From positions 1 through 39,109 of the IMG/VR virus record IMGVR_UViG_3300032233_001310: a stretch of 39,109 bases of DNA. The stretch is one strand, 5' to 3'. The DNA is from a virus. Taxonomy: Duplodnaviria > Caudoviricetes. Shown here one piece after another: positions 1 through 9,025 of this stretch. The notes beneath the pieces are model-generated. The model was given only the letters and a program-made list of their open reading frames with translations. It ran no database searches and was not told where the DNA came from. Both the position numbers and the translations under genes were made by a program. Positions within the stretch are counted from its first letter, which is position 1. Each line of letters opens with the position of its first letter.

Positions 1-123
1 CCATCGATGTCCTCCAGCTGCGCGATGGTGATGTTGATGTCTGCTGTGGTGTTCACTGTGTGTCTCCTGTGTGGTCGGTGTCAGTCGGTATGACTGACAT
101 GGACAACGGTAGCACACCGACGC
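1..123. repeat. Terminal direct repeat copy 1 (circular assembly overlap)
   Basis: Bases 1-123 are identical to 38987-39109; the ORF at 38305-39042 and its promoter continue across the junction. Confidence 0.95.
53..100 (-). CDS. Leaderless 15-aa upstream mini-ORF (MSVIPTDTDHTGDTQ), also at 39039-39086
   Basis: ATG 5 nt after -10 TACCGT; TGA overlaps the GTG start of the downstream gene (GTGA). Confidence 0.4.
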   Translation of the reverse strand: MSVIPTDTDHTGDTQ

Positions 124-163
124 GCGAACGCACGCGCCGGTGTGATGTGGCGCGTAGACGCTA
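98..163 (-). promoter_or_regulatory. Cassette-head promoter copy 1
   Basis: Minus strand TAGCGTCTACGCGCCACATCAC; palindrome at 120-135; TGTG-C-TACCGT (-10 at 106-111); ATG at 100. Confidence 0.8.
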
Positions 164-409
164 CTGCGCCACAGGCTCCGCTGGCGCCCGCGCTGGCATG
201 ACCACTGGCTGCCAGCTGCGGCCGGGCACGGCCACGATCGGTACTGGCGTGGTCATGCTGGTCAGTGCCTCCAGTCGGACTGCTGCGCGGGCGCGCGCTA
301 GGCGCGGACTGTGCGCGATGATCTCTCCGCAGACCTGCCAGCTGCCGTCACCGCGCGCGTACAGAATGGTGTAGGTCGTCTCCGACCTCTTCTGCCTAGT
401 GCTGCTCAT
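161..409 (-). CDS. Hypothetical protein (82 aa)
   Basis: ATGA overlap with upstream gene; stop TAG is part of repeat copy 1. Confidence 0.7.
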   Translation of the reverse strand: MSSTRQKRSETTYTILYARGDGSWQVCGEIIAHSPRLARARAAVRLEALTSMTTPVPIVAVPGRSWQPVVMPARAPAEPVAQ

Positions 410-1167
410 GCCTGATCGTCTCCTGTCGTGTGTGAGGCTGCTGCCGCGCGTGCCACTGCGATGAGTGTGCGCGCGACACTGGCCGGGATGATGCCGTCAT
501 TGTCCTGTCTGATCCAGTCAGTGATGCGCGCGGCGGTGGCACTGTCGCTGACCAGTCCTGTGAGCAGTGCGGTCAGCTCCGTGATGTCTCCGGCGTATGC
601 GGCTGGCTGTGAGACATGGCCGCCCATCACCGCCGCTTCCTCCGCGCTGACCTCTCCCATGCCGATCAGGTCGCTGATCGCGCGATTCTTAGCGCGCGTG
701 GTCGCCGTCGCCCGCAGGTCATTCTCCAGTTTCTTGCGGCCGCCGCTGCGCTGGAAACGGGACTCATCGGCTGAGCAGTAGCCGTCTCCGTCACTGATCT
801 GGCCGGTGGGCGCGGCGGCGCGGACCACGACCGTGGCGCGCGTGGCGTGGCCGTCAGTGTCGCGCTCCACATCTATGGACTGGATGGTGACGCTGACGCC
901 GTAGGCCTTAGCCAGCTTCCGCCAGCCGGACTTCTTGACGAACCGTTTGCCGCGCTCTGCCTGCTGGTAGTCGCTGTCATCCAGTACGGCGCGGACCATG
1001 CGCTGGTACTCGCCCATCATCTCACTGGCCTCATCGGGCGTGACCAGCGGCCGCAGCACTGCTGTCGGCTGTGTCGGCACGATGGCCTGTGTGACTGCTG
1101 GCGTAGCCGGTGGGTCATCGGTGATGACCTCCGCGTCTACGATGTCGTGTCCGGTGTCCTCTGTCAT
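406..1167 (-). CDS. Putative single-strand annealing/recombination protein
   Basis: GGAGG RBS before ATG 1167; KSGWRKL...ATTRAKNRAISDL motifs resemble phage SSAP (Rad52/RecT-like) families. Confidence 0.55.
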   Translation of the reverse strand: MTEDTGHDIVDAEVITDDPPATPAVTQAIVPTQPTAVLRPLVTPDEASEMMGEYQRMVRAVLDDSDYQQAERGKRFVKKSGWRKLAKAYGVSVTIQSIDVERDTDGHATRATVVVRAAAPTGQISDGDGYCSADESRFQRSGGRKKLENDLRATATTRAKNRAISDLIGMGEVSAEEAAVMGGHVSQPAAYAGDITELTALLTGLVSDSATAARITDWIRQDNDGIIPASVARTLIAVARAAAASHTTGDDQA

Positions 1168-1496
1168 GGTGTCCTCCATCTGTCTGGGTCGTGTGGCTCA
1201 CAGCTGGCGTCCTCTATGACGACGCCCGGCGCTGCGCCGACCAGTCGCATGAACGCCGCTACTGCGGCCGTGATCTCTATGGCCTGCCTGTCTGCTGCCT
1301 CTACATCGCTGTAGTCAGCCTCACCGTGGCGCATCTGGTCCCATCGGTCGTCTGCCTGACTGCGTGCTGCGATCGTCAGTCCGTCCAGATGCGCGACGAT
1401 GACTGCCAGACCGTCTGCGGTGATCGATGGGATGTCACTGGTGATCCACTCTGGGATCGCTGCCAGCGTGTATCTAGTGGGCGTCGGCTCAGGCAT
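1164..1496 (-). CDS. Hypothetical protein
   Basis: Overlapping start/stop tiling with neighbours; start chosen at MPEPTP. Confidence 0.65.
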   Translation of the reverse strand: MPEPTPTRYTLAAIPEWITSDIPSITADGLAVIVAHLDGLTIAARSQADDRWDQMRHGEADYSDVEAADRQAIEITAAVAAFMRLVGAAPGVVIEDASCEPHDPDRWRTP

Positions 1497-2067
1497 CACT
1501 AGCACCATACTGTGCGAACGCATCTAGCGCGGTGTAGTCGCTGGCGTCAGGTCCAGTGTGTGCCGCCCAGTCGTGACCGCCGGGAGGTGACGACAGCGCC
1601 ACGCTGGTGGACCTGTCACCAGTGAGGCTGACCTGCTCACGGATCACGACTACGCGGAGCGCATAGACGCGCCCGCTGCTGAGATCCACGGCGCGATCGT
1701 ACTGGGCGTCATCGGTGTCTGCCAGCCAGACTGTCTCCATGATGTCCTCCGCGTCAGTGTCCAGCTCCGTGACCAGCCGCCAGCTGCGCGACTGATCGCG
1801 CGGCGTCGTGTCGATCATCAGCCATCTGCGGCGCACTCCAGTGCTGACACCGTCATGCCATGCGGCGGCGGCAGCGATGTCCTGCGCCTGTCGTCTGCCC
1901 AGTGATCGCAGGACTGCCTGCGCGACAGCGGCGTGCCTGTCGCCTCCAGTGTCTGGCAGCAGCTCACGGACGGCATGCTGAGCGCGGCGTCGCTCCCATC
2001 TGTGCCGGGAGCTGAGCCTGATGTCAGCACTGAGCGTGCGTGCCGCTGCCGTCGCTGGAGGCATCAT
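1489..2067 (-). CDS. Hypothetical protein (192 aa)
   Basis: ATGA overlap with mIHF stop; operon tiling. Confidence 0.65.
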   Translation of the reverse strand: MMPPATAAARTLSADIRLSSRHRWERRRAQHAVRELLPDTGGDRHAAVAQAVLRSLGRRQAQDIAAAAAWHDGVSTGVRRRWLMIDTTPRDQSRSWRLVTELDTDAEDIMETVWLADTDDAQYDRAVDLSSGRVYALRVVVIREQVSLTGDRSTSVALSSPPGGHDWAAHTGPDASDYTALDAFAQYGASDA

Positions 2068-2459
2068 CGTGCCAGCTCCCTGTCCAGCATCGGCCAGTGC
2101 CTGCTGGTCGTGGTCCGTGCCGCGTGCGCTGAGTAGGTCATCATGTGCTGCGCGAGCAGCTGGCGGCGCTCCTGCCCGATGCCTGCCAGTGTCGCGCGGT
2201 GCGGACCTACTCGCGCGGCCGTGAGCAGTCGCCGCGCGCGCTCCCTGCCGATGCCGCGCACGCTGGTGACGATGTCACGGACTGGCATGGTGTGTGCCCA
2301 GCCGGGCATGTCTGAGATGAGGTCTGCTGCTGCCTGCGCTCCAGCGGCGCGCGGCGTCTCGCGCTGCTGCTGTTTCCATCGTGCGCGCTGCGACCGGATG
2401 GACTGAGCCAGACGCAGCGCCTCCATGCGCTGGTCGGCCGTGCGCTGCGGCGCGCTCAT
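2064..2459 (-). CDS. mihF: Actinobacterial integration host factor (mIHF/sIHF)-like protein
   Basis: N-terminal PQRT..QR.EAL..A..IR..RA helix plus H2TH motif (V.DI..SVRGIGRERARRLL...TLAGIG..RRQLL). Confidence 0.8.
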   Translation of the reverse strand: MSAPQRTADQRMEALRLAQSIRSQRARWKQQQRETPRAAGAQAAADLISDMPGWAHTMPVRDIVTSVRGIGRERARRLLTAARVGPHRATLAGIGQERRQLLAQHMMTYSAHAARTTTSRHWPMLDRELAR

Positions 2460-2887
2460 GCCCTGTCACCTGCCCTGACGACTGCTGATGCGCTGGCACG
2501 CATGATCGCTGCCAGCCCATCGTCGCGCGCGGCGGCGGCCAGCCTGTCGATCACTGACTGGCACGCTGCGAGATGGCGCTGGCGATCATCGCTGATGTCG
2601 GCGTGGAGTCCCAGTGCCGCAGTCTCCAGCTGCGCGATCAGCTCGTCATTCGGCAACAGACCACTCAGCCCGGCGTCAGCTGTCGCTGCCTCCAGTAGCG
2701 GCATCAGTCGGAGGTCGCCAGCGTCAGTGCCATCAGTGGAGCCTGCGACCTCCAGCCGCTGGCGTGCCTTTGCGTACACGGTCATCAGGCAGCCGTATGC
2801 GATGACGGCACGGAGCTGGTCCTGCGGTACGGCGCTCACGGACAGCACCATGTCCAGTGGCGATCGGTCCTTCCGGCGGCGCATCAT
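2456..2887 (-). CDS. Hypothetical protein
   Basis: ATGA overlaps at both ends if started at MMRRRK (2887). Confidence 0.6.
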   Translation of the reverse strand: MMRRRKDRSPLDMVLSVSAVPQDQLRAVIAYGCLMTVYAKARQRLEVAGSTDGTDAGDLRLMPLLEAATADAGLSGLLPNDELIAQLETAALGLHADISDDRQRHLAACQSVIDRLAAAARDDGLAAIMRASASAVVRAGDRA

Positions 2888-3051
2888 CGTCCACTCTCCA
2901 TGCCGCCAGCTGCGCATCGCAGTGAGCGTGGTGCGCGCGACATCGCTGCGCGGTGCTGGCTGGCCCATCCGCCAGTGTCTCCTGCCAGTGGCGTGAGACA
3001 CGGCTGGCGGACCTGATGGTCAGCCGGGCGTCGTGTGTGTGCTGGTGTCAC
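2884..3051 (-). CDS. Small hypothetical protein
   Basis: CACACAGGAGG RBS before GTG 3051; stop overlaps next start. Confidence 0.45.
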   Translation of the reverse strand: MTPAHTRRPADHQVRQPCLTPLAGDTGGWASQHRAAMSRAPRSLRCAAGGMESGR

Positions 3052-3126
3052 TGCTCTGTCCTCCTGTGTGGTCGTGTCGTGTGTAGGTGCTGGCGTCCTG
3101 CGCCAGAGTCGTGGCAGTCTCATGTG

Positions 3127-3399
3127 TCAGCCCTTCGCCTTCCGGCGGCTGCGCGCGTCGCGCGGCAGCTTCCTCTGGACGCGCTGCGCGACCTGCGGGA
3201 GCAGGTGCCTGCGCGTGCCGTCCGGCATCGTGATGATCCAGCCGCCACGACTGTCTATGCCGTAGCTGACTCCGTCCATGACGATGCGCCCGGTCCAGTA
3301 GCTGCCGATGCGGTACTCACCGTATGTGCGGCGCTGGATCAGGTCATGCTCCGTGAGGTCACGGATCTGGTACTGCGGTGATGCTGACATGGTGTTCAC
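3127..3399 (-). CDS. Small basic hypothetical protein (VNTMSASPQY...)
   Basis: Follows promoter copy 7; AGGAG RBS; start at GTG 3399 or ATG 3390. Confidence 0.7.
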   Translation of the reverse strand: MNTMSASPQYQIRDLTEHDLIQRRTYGEYRIGSYWTGRIVMDGVSYGIDSRGGWIITMPDGTRRHLLPQVAQRVQRKLPRDARSRRKAKG

Positions 3400-3411
3400 T
3401 CCTGTGGTCTG

Positions 3412-3470
3412 AGCCGGGCGTGGATCGCACGGCTCTGCGAACAATAGCACACTGGCGTGCGGACGCACGG
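3412..3470 (-). promoter_or_regulatory. Cassette-head promoter copy 7 (divergent upstream part) with +1 hairpin
   Basis: GCGTGCG-GA-CGCACGG at 3455-3470; TGTG-C-TATTGT (-10 at 3441-3446); hairpin 3412-3434 starts at predicted +1. Confidence 0.7.
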
Positions 3471-3842
3471 AGTGACCGATGTGCGGCTGGAGTCTGCCCC
3501 AGATCCCAGCCGCACATCTGTCGGTATTTCCGTCCAGTGGACTGCGGTGCCGTCCGCGCCGCATGTATGATCCACCGCTGTGATACGGAGGCACAACCCT
3601 ATCTGAGTGTGCGGTGGAAAACCGCGCGACAGGACGCGGTCATCAGTAGCCCGGCGCGAACGACCGTGGGCTGATGACGCAGTGTGCCTCACGCGGACAG
3701 CATCGACACAGCGCGCGCGCTTTCCTTAAGTAAGTCGTTTGTACCCTAGCCGCGCTAGATGCCAGCCCACATACTGAGCTGGAGATCAGGACCGGCAGCT
3801 GCGACGGCGACGCCGCCGGACATGGTCACTGACAGGTCAGAC

Positions 3843-4043
3843 CTACTGCCCGCTGCCAGCTTCCTCCACCACGGCGGCGATCAGTCCGACGATCGTGAGT
3901 GCCGCAGCTACCTGAGTGGCCTGCTGCGTGAGATCGACGCCGAACGGCTGGAGCAGCCCCACCAGAGTGGTAGCAGCAGCAGCCGCTGTCACTGGGCGCC
4001 GGAGCGTGACCAGCTGACGGGCGATGGAGCGGACTGTGGACAT
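3843..4043 (-). CDS. Holin
   Basis: 66 aa with two hydrophobic helices, AGGAG RBS, directly after the lysins. Confidence 0.7.
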   Translation of the reverse strand: MSTVRSIARQLVTLRRPVTAAAAATTLVGLLQPFGVDLTQQATQVAAALTIVGLIAAVVEEAGSGQ

Positions 4044-4058
4044 GATGATCTCCTGTAG

Positions 4059-4748
4059 CTAGTAGGTGAGCTGGCGCGTGAAGTGGTGCCAGTCGGCTCC
4101 CAGATACACATTCCGATCACACGGCTGGCTGATGCCATCGACACGCGCGCGATCGGTGTACTGCCACATGGCTGCGCGCTGCCAGCCACGCGGGAGGTAC
4201 GGTGCCGGATCACTGACATACGCGGCCAGCCAGAGCGGGCACTGCCAGTCATGCCATGTCCAGCGCAGTCTGTCCTCCTGCGTCTGCTCCCACCACCACT
4301 TGCCCGTGTAGATCATCGGCCGGTGCCCAGTGAGCCTGACGACCTCACGGACGGCATCACGGATGTAGACGCGCGTGGCGCGACGGCCAGCGACAGTGCC
4401 CAGATCGTAGCCTGACGCCTCACAGTCCAGCACTGGGCGGATGTCACGGACGGTCTGCCTGTCACGGCGCCACAGTCCGATGTCCATGCCGCGCTCCACC
4501 AGCGTGCGCGCCTCCACGCGCCCGGACCTACCGGACTTGGGACGCAGGAACACATACGCGCCTGCGGTCATGCCAGATGCCCGGATAGCAGCGATGCGCT
4601 CCGGCGTCGATCTGGAGTCCATGTAGTCTCCCTCACTGACCTTGACGATGGCGAAACTGTTGCCTGCCGCTGAGACGGCACGCCAGTCTATGTCGCCGTC
4701 ACCTTCATACACATCCACGCCGTAGATGCGGCCGCGTCCAGCTCTCAT
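4059..4748 (-). CDS. Endolysin, GH25 muramidase
   Basis: GVDV...IDW...FAIVKVSEG, LDCE, PMIYT, LWLAAY, MWQYT, CDRN motifs; ATGA overlap at 4748. Confidence 0.9.
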   Translation of the reverse strand: MRAGRGRIYGVDVYEGDGDIDWRAVSAAGNSFAIVKVSEGDYMDSRSTPERIAAIRASGMTAGAYVFLRPKSGRSGRVEARTLVERGMDIGLWRRDRQTVRDIRPVLDCEASGYDLGTVAGRRATRVYIRDAVREVVRLTGHRPMIYTGKWWWEQTQEDRLRWTWHDWQCPLWLAAYVSDPAPYLPRGWQRAAMWQYTDRARVDGISQPCDRNVYLGADWHHFTRQLTY

Positions 4749-5401
4749 CGCCCAGCCCTCCGCAGCGCACGCCATGTCGCAGGTCCGATGATGCCATCAG
4801 CTGCGAGTCCTGCCTGCCTCTGGAAACGCCTGACGGCACGCTGACTGATCGGCCCACCGTAGTTCCCATTGATCCGCCAGCGCCAGCGGCCCAGCTGCCG
4901 GAGCCTGCGCTTGACCCAGACGACGCCCGGTCCACGATCACCGGGCACGATCATGTCGCCGATCTGTACCTGCGACCACTGCCGGATCAGGCGCGTGTCA
5001 GCTGGACGGCGGTAGCAGTAGTGCCACGGCTCTCCCCACGCCTCAGTCTTGACCCATCCAAAATGCGTCCCGTAGCGCCTGACCACATCGTGATTGGTGA
5101 AGTCCACGGCCAGCCCCAGCCCGTGATTAGATGTGCCCGGCCGCGCCGCCAGATTGCCTCCCTGCTGGTATCGCTCCCATGCGTACCACTGAGTGAACGC
5201 GCCACCGCGCGCGTAGTCTCCGCGCTCTCCCAGTGGCCTGTAGGTCGCGCCGTCACCTGCGTGCTGTAGCTCCGTGTGATGAGTCGCTGACAGCCAGCGC
5301 GAGAACGCGTTGTAGGCTCTCGCAGCCTCCGGCTGTAGCTGGCCGCCGCCGCGCAGTGGGCGCAGCTGGCTCTCACTCAGACGACCGTTCGCTGGCATCA
5401 C
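4745..5401 (-). CDS. Endolysin, M15 (VanY-like) peptidase plus peptidoglycan-binding domain
   Basis: AARPGTSNHGLGLAVD and EPWH motifs; C-terminal AVRRFQ..GL.ADGIIGPATW. Confidence 0.9.
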   Translation of the reverse strand: MMPANGRLSESQLRPLRGGGQLQPEAARAYNAFSRWLSATHHTELQHAGDGATYRPLGERGDYARGGAFTQWYAWERYQQGGNLAARPGTSNHGLGLAVDFTNHDVVRRYGTHFGWVKTEAWGEPWHYCYRRPADTRLIRQWSQVQIGDMIVPGDRGPGVVWVKRRLRQLGRWRWRINGNYGGPISQRAVRRFQRQAGLAADGIIGPATWRALRRAGR

Positions 5402-5409
5402 ACTGGATG

Positions 5410-5607
5410 CTAGGTGCCGTCCCGGTCGTCATCGTCACGCCGGGACCGCACAGTCACTCCCAGCAGGTAGCTGGCCGCCAGCACCACTACCGGCATGATC
5501 GTGCCGTCTACCTCATGGCCGCGCGGATCAATGAGGTGCGCGACATTAGATGCTGCCCAGACGCCGACGATCAGCAGCGCCACAGCCCGTGACAGGCGCG
5601 GTGACAT
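5410..5607 (-). CDS. Small membrane protein (holin-like)
   Basis: Two hydrophobic segments and a charged tail, in the lysis region. Confidence 0.6.
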   Translation of the reverse strand: MSPRLSRAVALLIVGVWAASNVAHLIDPRGHEVDGTIMPVVVLAASYLLGVTVRSRRDDDDRDGT

Positions 5608-5616
5608 GCTGCCGCC

Positions 5617-5832
5617 TCATCCCGTTCGATGGCCGACAGCAGACAGGACCAGCCCCACGATGATGCTGCTGACCATGCCTACTGCGTCCGCCAGTGAGCG
5701 CGATGTGATCGCAGCGATGAGCGCCGTGACTATGACGACGATCATGGCTGCGACGATCAGGACTGTCTGCGCGGACCAGCGCGACGGTGGAGTGGTCACG
5801 GCACGCTGGATGTCATCGCGCAGAGGATTCAC
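5617..5832 (-). CDS. Small membrane protein
   Basis: Two hydrophobic segments, upstream of the lysins. Confidence 0.6.
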   Translation of the reverse strand: MNPLRDDIQRAVTTPPSRWSAQTVLIVAAMIVVIVTALIAAITSRSLADAVGMVSSIIVGLVLSAVGHRTG

Positions 5833-5841
5833 AGCGTCCCA

Positions 5842-6084
5842 TCATCCCGCGTATGCGGCACGCCAGCCGGACCATAGACCATCCACGCCCATGTAGATCC
5901 AGAGTGCGCCGTCAGCAACATCGACGGCCATGCTACCGGGCGCCGGTGTCGTGACTGGCATGCCGACAGTCAGCTCCACGGATGGCCTGCGCTCCAGCTG
6001 ACTGATCCTGCGCTCCAGCTCAGCTATGCGCGACATCATCCGCGCCTGCGATGACGCCTCTATCACGCGCGGATCAGTCGCCAT
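5842..6084 (-). CDS. Minor tail protein (short coiled coil)
   Basis: RIAELERRISQLERR heptads typical of the gene after the baseplate hub. Confidence 0.6.
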   Translation of the reverse strand: MATDPRVIEASSQARMMSRIAELERRISQLERRPSVELTVGMPVTTPAPGSMAVDVADGALWIYMGVDGLWSGWRAAYAG

Positions 6085-7210
6085 CAGGCACCACCGTCAG
6101 CGTGACCGTACAGACTCCCACATCACTCACGGACCAGCTGATCCCATAGACGCGGAACAGCGCGTCAAAGCGGACGGTGCCACCAGCTGGATCAACGGCA
6201 CGCGCGGTGATGACATCACCGACATCGTAGGCCAGCCCAGCGACCGGAGCAGTAGACGCTGGCGTCAGCTCTATCAGCTGCCGCGCTGACTGACGCACGG
6301 CGATCTGCTCAGACAGCACCAGCCTGCGGACATCAGCGGTAGCCACGCCACTGGTCACGGTCGCCTCATGGCGAGTCGGCCCAGTGTCAGGTGATGCTGG
6401 AGTGGTCAGCACTGGTGCGGCGGCGGCCTGTGGGAATCCGTCTGGGAGTGACCAGCCGACTGTCGCCAGCTGATCGCGCGACACTATCCGCCGATACCCA
6501 CCAAGATTTCCACGCGGCGTCCCATACTCCAGCACCACCTCCGGCCTGCTGGTGCCGATCGCATCAGCGGCGTTGAACACTCCCAGCGCGGTGCCGGATG
6601 AGTCAGCGACAGGCTCCACTGGGTCCACGCGGTACTCAAAACCGGAGCCAGCTGACGCCAGCTGCGTGATGACCTCCAGCACTGGAGTGAAGCGCAGTGG
6701 CTCAGACAGTGCCACTGGCTCAGACGACAGCGCCACGCCGACACGCAGGCCAGTGTCACCACCACCATCAGTGCCAGATGTCGCATTCACACGCCTGATC
6801 GCGGCAGCAGCGACAGCGGCGACAGTGCCAGTAGACGGCAGCCAGCCATCCACGGACTTGCCCACCAGCCGATGCGACAGGCGCCACAGGCACGCCTCCG
6901 CGCAGGTCACTGCCACTGACGCTCCCAGTGACTCACCGACCTCTTCCACCGTGGTGATTTCATACACCTGCCGCAGCACGCCGTTCAGGTACGCCTTGAC
7001 CAGCACCGTGCCAGTGGTCGTCACGCCGACTGGGTCCAGCAGCGCGTCCGCCAGCGCGTTGTCTGACCGCAGCCGGAATGACAGAGTGCCGATCTGCGAG
7101 AGGCGCTGGCTGATCTCTACATCGTGCGCGTCACGGATCTCGCCCAGTGCCGTGCCATCCAGCTCACAGAGGATCAGTGCCCAGTCATAGGTCGTCAGTG
7201 ACACGGCCAC
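6074..7210 (-). CDS. Baseplate hub / minor tail protein (Tal/gp37-like)
   Basis: Follows Dit; C-terminal YDVGDVIT...RVYGISW motif. Confidence 0.75.
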   Translation of the reverse strand: MAVSLTTYDWALILCELDGTALGEIRDAHDVEISQRLSQIGTLSFRLRSDNALADALLDPVGVTTTGTVLVKAYLNGVLRQVYEITTVEEVGESLGASVAVTCAEACLWRLSHRLVGKSVDGWLPSTGTVAAVAAAAIRRVNATSGTDGGGDTGLRVGVALSSEPVALSEPLRFTPVLEVITQLASAGSGFEYRVDPVEPVADSSGTALGVFNAADAIGTSRPEVVLEYGTPRGNLGGYRRIVSRDQLATVGWSLPDGFPQAAAAPVLTTPASPDTGPTRHEATVTSGVATADVRRLVLSEQIAVRQSARQLIELTPASTAPVAGLAYDVGDVITARAVDPAGGTVRFDALFRVYGISWSVSDVGVCTVTLTVVPDGD

Positions 7211-7216
7211 AGTGAC

Positions 7217-8110
7217 TCACCACCACGCATGCGACCAGCCGACAGTGATAGCCGCTCCAGTCCCATAGGTGCCACTGTCCACCGTCACCGTGTTAGCGCC
7301 AGCCTCCAGCGACCACCAGCTGGACGCACTGAAGTTCAGTTTGCCATACAGATTTGCGCCGTCGCTCACGCGCACGATCGTGCCGTTGGCAGTGTCGATC
7401 ACGACCTGCTGCCCGGCCGTGATCGTAGCGTCCAGCTTCAGCAGGCCAGCGTTCACCGTAGTCGGTCCAGCAGGCGCATTCCTGATCCGCGCATTCGTGA
7501 TCGGCCCAGTGAGAGTGATGACTGGAGGTGACGGCGCGCTCCCCAGATTCACGCACGACAGCGTCGCAGCCGTGCCGCTGGTCACGGTGATCGCCGCAGT
7601 GGACGACGATGGCGTGACCGCGTAGATGCGCGGATCAGCACTGACGACCTGTAGCTGGAACTCCTTTGGGACACGGCCACTGATGCGCGGCGGCTGCTGC
7701 CTCCTGTACGCCAGTGACACTGGCACGCCGCCAGTCGGCTCCCATGACAGCTGGCCATCACCAGCCATCGCATCCACCGCGCGCATCAGCCGCGTGATCT
7801 TCAGATTCCGGTCCTCCACCGTGGACTCTGCGATCACGCCAGTGATCGTCACTGGGCGCCTGCCGTAGAGGAATCGGCCGTGGGCGCCACCGTCGATCAT
7901 GCTGCGATCGTCAGCTGACTCACGCACCTCCGCGCTGTCCAGCCCAGTGAGGTCAGTGATGTAGCCGACGAAGTCTGGGTCACTGTCGTCATTCAGTACC
8001 GCGCGCGTGCCGTCCGGTCCCACCAGTGTGTACGCGGCGCCCAGCTCTACGCCCAGAGGCAGCCGTGACGCTGGACCGGATGCGTAGACGACTGGAACCA
8101 GCCGCGTCAT
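7217..8110 (-). CDS. Distal tail protein (Dit-like)
   Basis: R.VTITG, ADPRIY, N.GSAPS.PVI...GP..N, W.LEAGANT motifs. Confidence 0.8.
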   Translation of the reverse strand: MTRLVPVVYASGPASRLPLGVELGAAYTLVGPDGTRAVLNDDSDPDFVGYITDLTGLDSAEVRESADDRSMIDGGAHGRFLYGRRPVTITGVIAESTVEDRNLKITRLMRAVDAMAGDGQLSWEPTGGVPVSLAYRRQQPPRISGRVPKEFQLQVVSADPRIYAVTPSSSTAAITVTSGTAATLSCVNLGSAPSPPVITLTGPITNARIRNAPAGPTTVNAGLLKLDATITAGQQVVIDTANGTIVRVSDGANLYGKLNFSASSWWSLEAGANTVTVDSGTYGTGAAITVGWSHAWW

Positions 8111-8111
8111 G

Positions 8112-9005
8112 CTATGGCACCAGCTTGGTCGGAGTCACGATCATGCTGCCCGAATGGACCGTGACCGATGACCCAGTGCCATTCGCGGCCGCGCGACTGT
8201 ACCCAGCCAGAGTGGTGCTGGTCGCCGTTGTCTGGATGGTCTGAGTGCGCGACGACAGCGTGCGATGGCCTGTCTGCGCGTGGTCATCCAGCCAGCGGTA
8301 GGTCGCAGCGTTCGTGGCACTGGTGCCTACGCCGAAGAAGTAGCCGCCGCCGCCAGTGCCAGCACTGGTGGCATCTATCTCAGAGCGGATCTGGTAGGTG
8401 CCCTTGTTAGGCAGCGTCACCGTGTGCCCGGTCACGGCAGTCATCGGATCACTGGTGCTGGTGATCGTCTGAGATGACCCACCGGACAGAGTGCCATGAG
8501 TGACCATCGATGAGGTGCCGCCGACGAAATACCACGCGGTGTTGCCGCTGGACCACCGCAGCGTCCAGTACCCATCACTAGTCACATTCGGGATGATGAT
8601 GCGCGTGCCGTCAGTCCAGCTGGTCCCGGCTGGCAGCGTCGCATAGTATGTCTCCAGCTTCGCGCTGACCGCTGAGTCCAGCTTCGCCTGCGTGATCGAC
8701 GCATCCACCAGCCAGCCGACATCCACGGTCTGGTCGCCGCCGGGCGCAGCCTCAAACGGTTCGGTGTAGCTGGTGATCCCAGAGCCACTGATCACGATGT
8801 CATACGCGCCGCGCTCCACCCAGCCCTCCACGCGCCCAGCACTATTGCTGGACAGTGGCTGAGTCAGCGTGGTGCTGCCAGTCGCTGTCGTGTACACGGT
8901 GGCGTTGCTGGCAGTAGCCCTCACCTTCACCGTGGCCGTAGCTCCACTGACGGGCACGCCCGTAGTGCTGTTGATCAGTGTCACAGGTAGCTCTACTCTT
9001 GCCAT
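8112..9005 (-). CDS. Minor tail / receptor-binding-type protein
   Basis: Thr/Ser/Gly-rich beta protein between tape measure and Dit. Confidence 0.65.
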   Translation of the reverse strand: MARVELPVTLINSTTGVPVSGATATVKVRATASNATVYTTATGSTTLTQPLSSNSAGRVEGWVERGAYDIVISGSGITSYTEPFEAAPGGDQTVDVGWLVDASITQAKLDSAVSAKLETYYATLPAGTSWTDGTRIIIPNVTSDGYWTLRWSSGNTAWYFVGGTSSMVTHGTLSGGSSQTITSTSDPMTAVTGHTVTLPNKGTYQIRSEIDATSAGTGGGGYFFGVGTSATNAATYRWLDDHAQTGHRTLSSRTQTIQTTATSTTLAGYSRAAANGTGSSVTVHSGSMIVTPTKLVP

Positions 9006-9025
9006 CTAGATCATGCCTCCGTAGG

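Noticed and set aside
1-123. Biological direct terminal repeat
   Set aside because: It cuts through a gene start and promoter and is exact; more simply an assembler overlap of a circular or permuted genome
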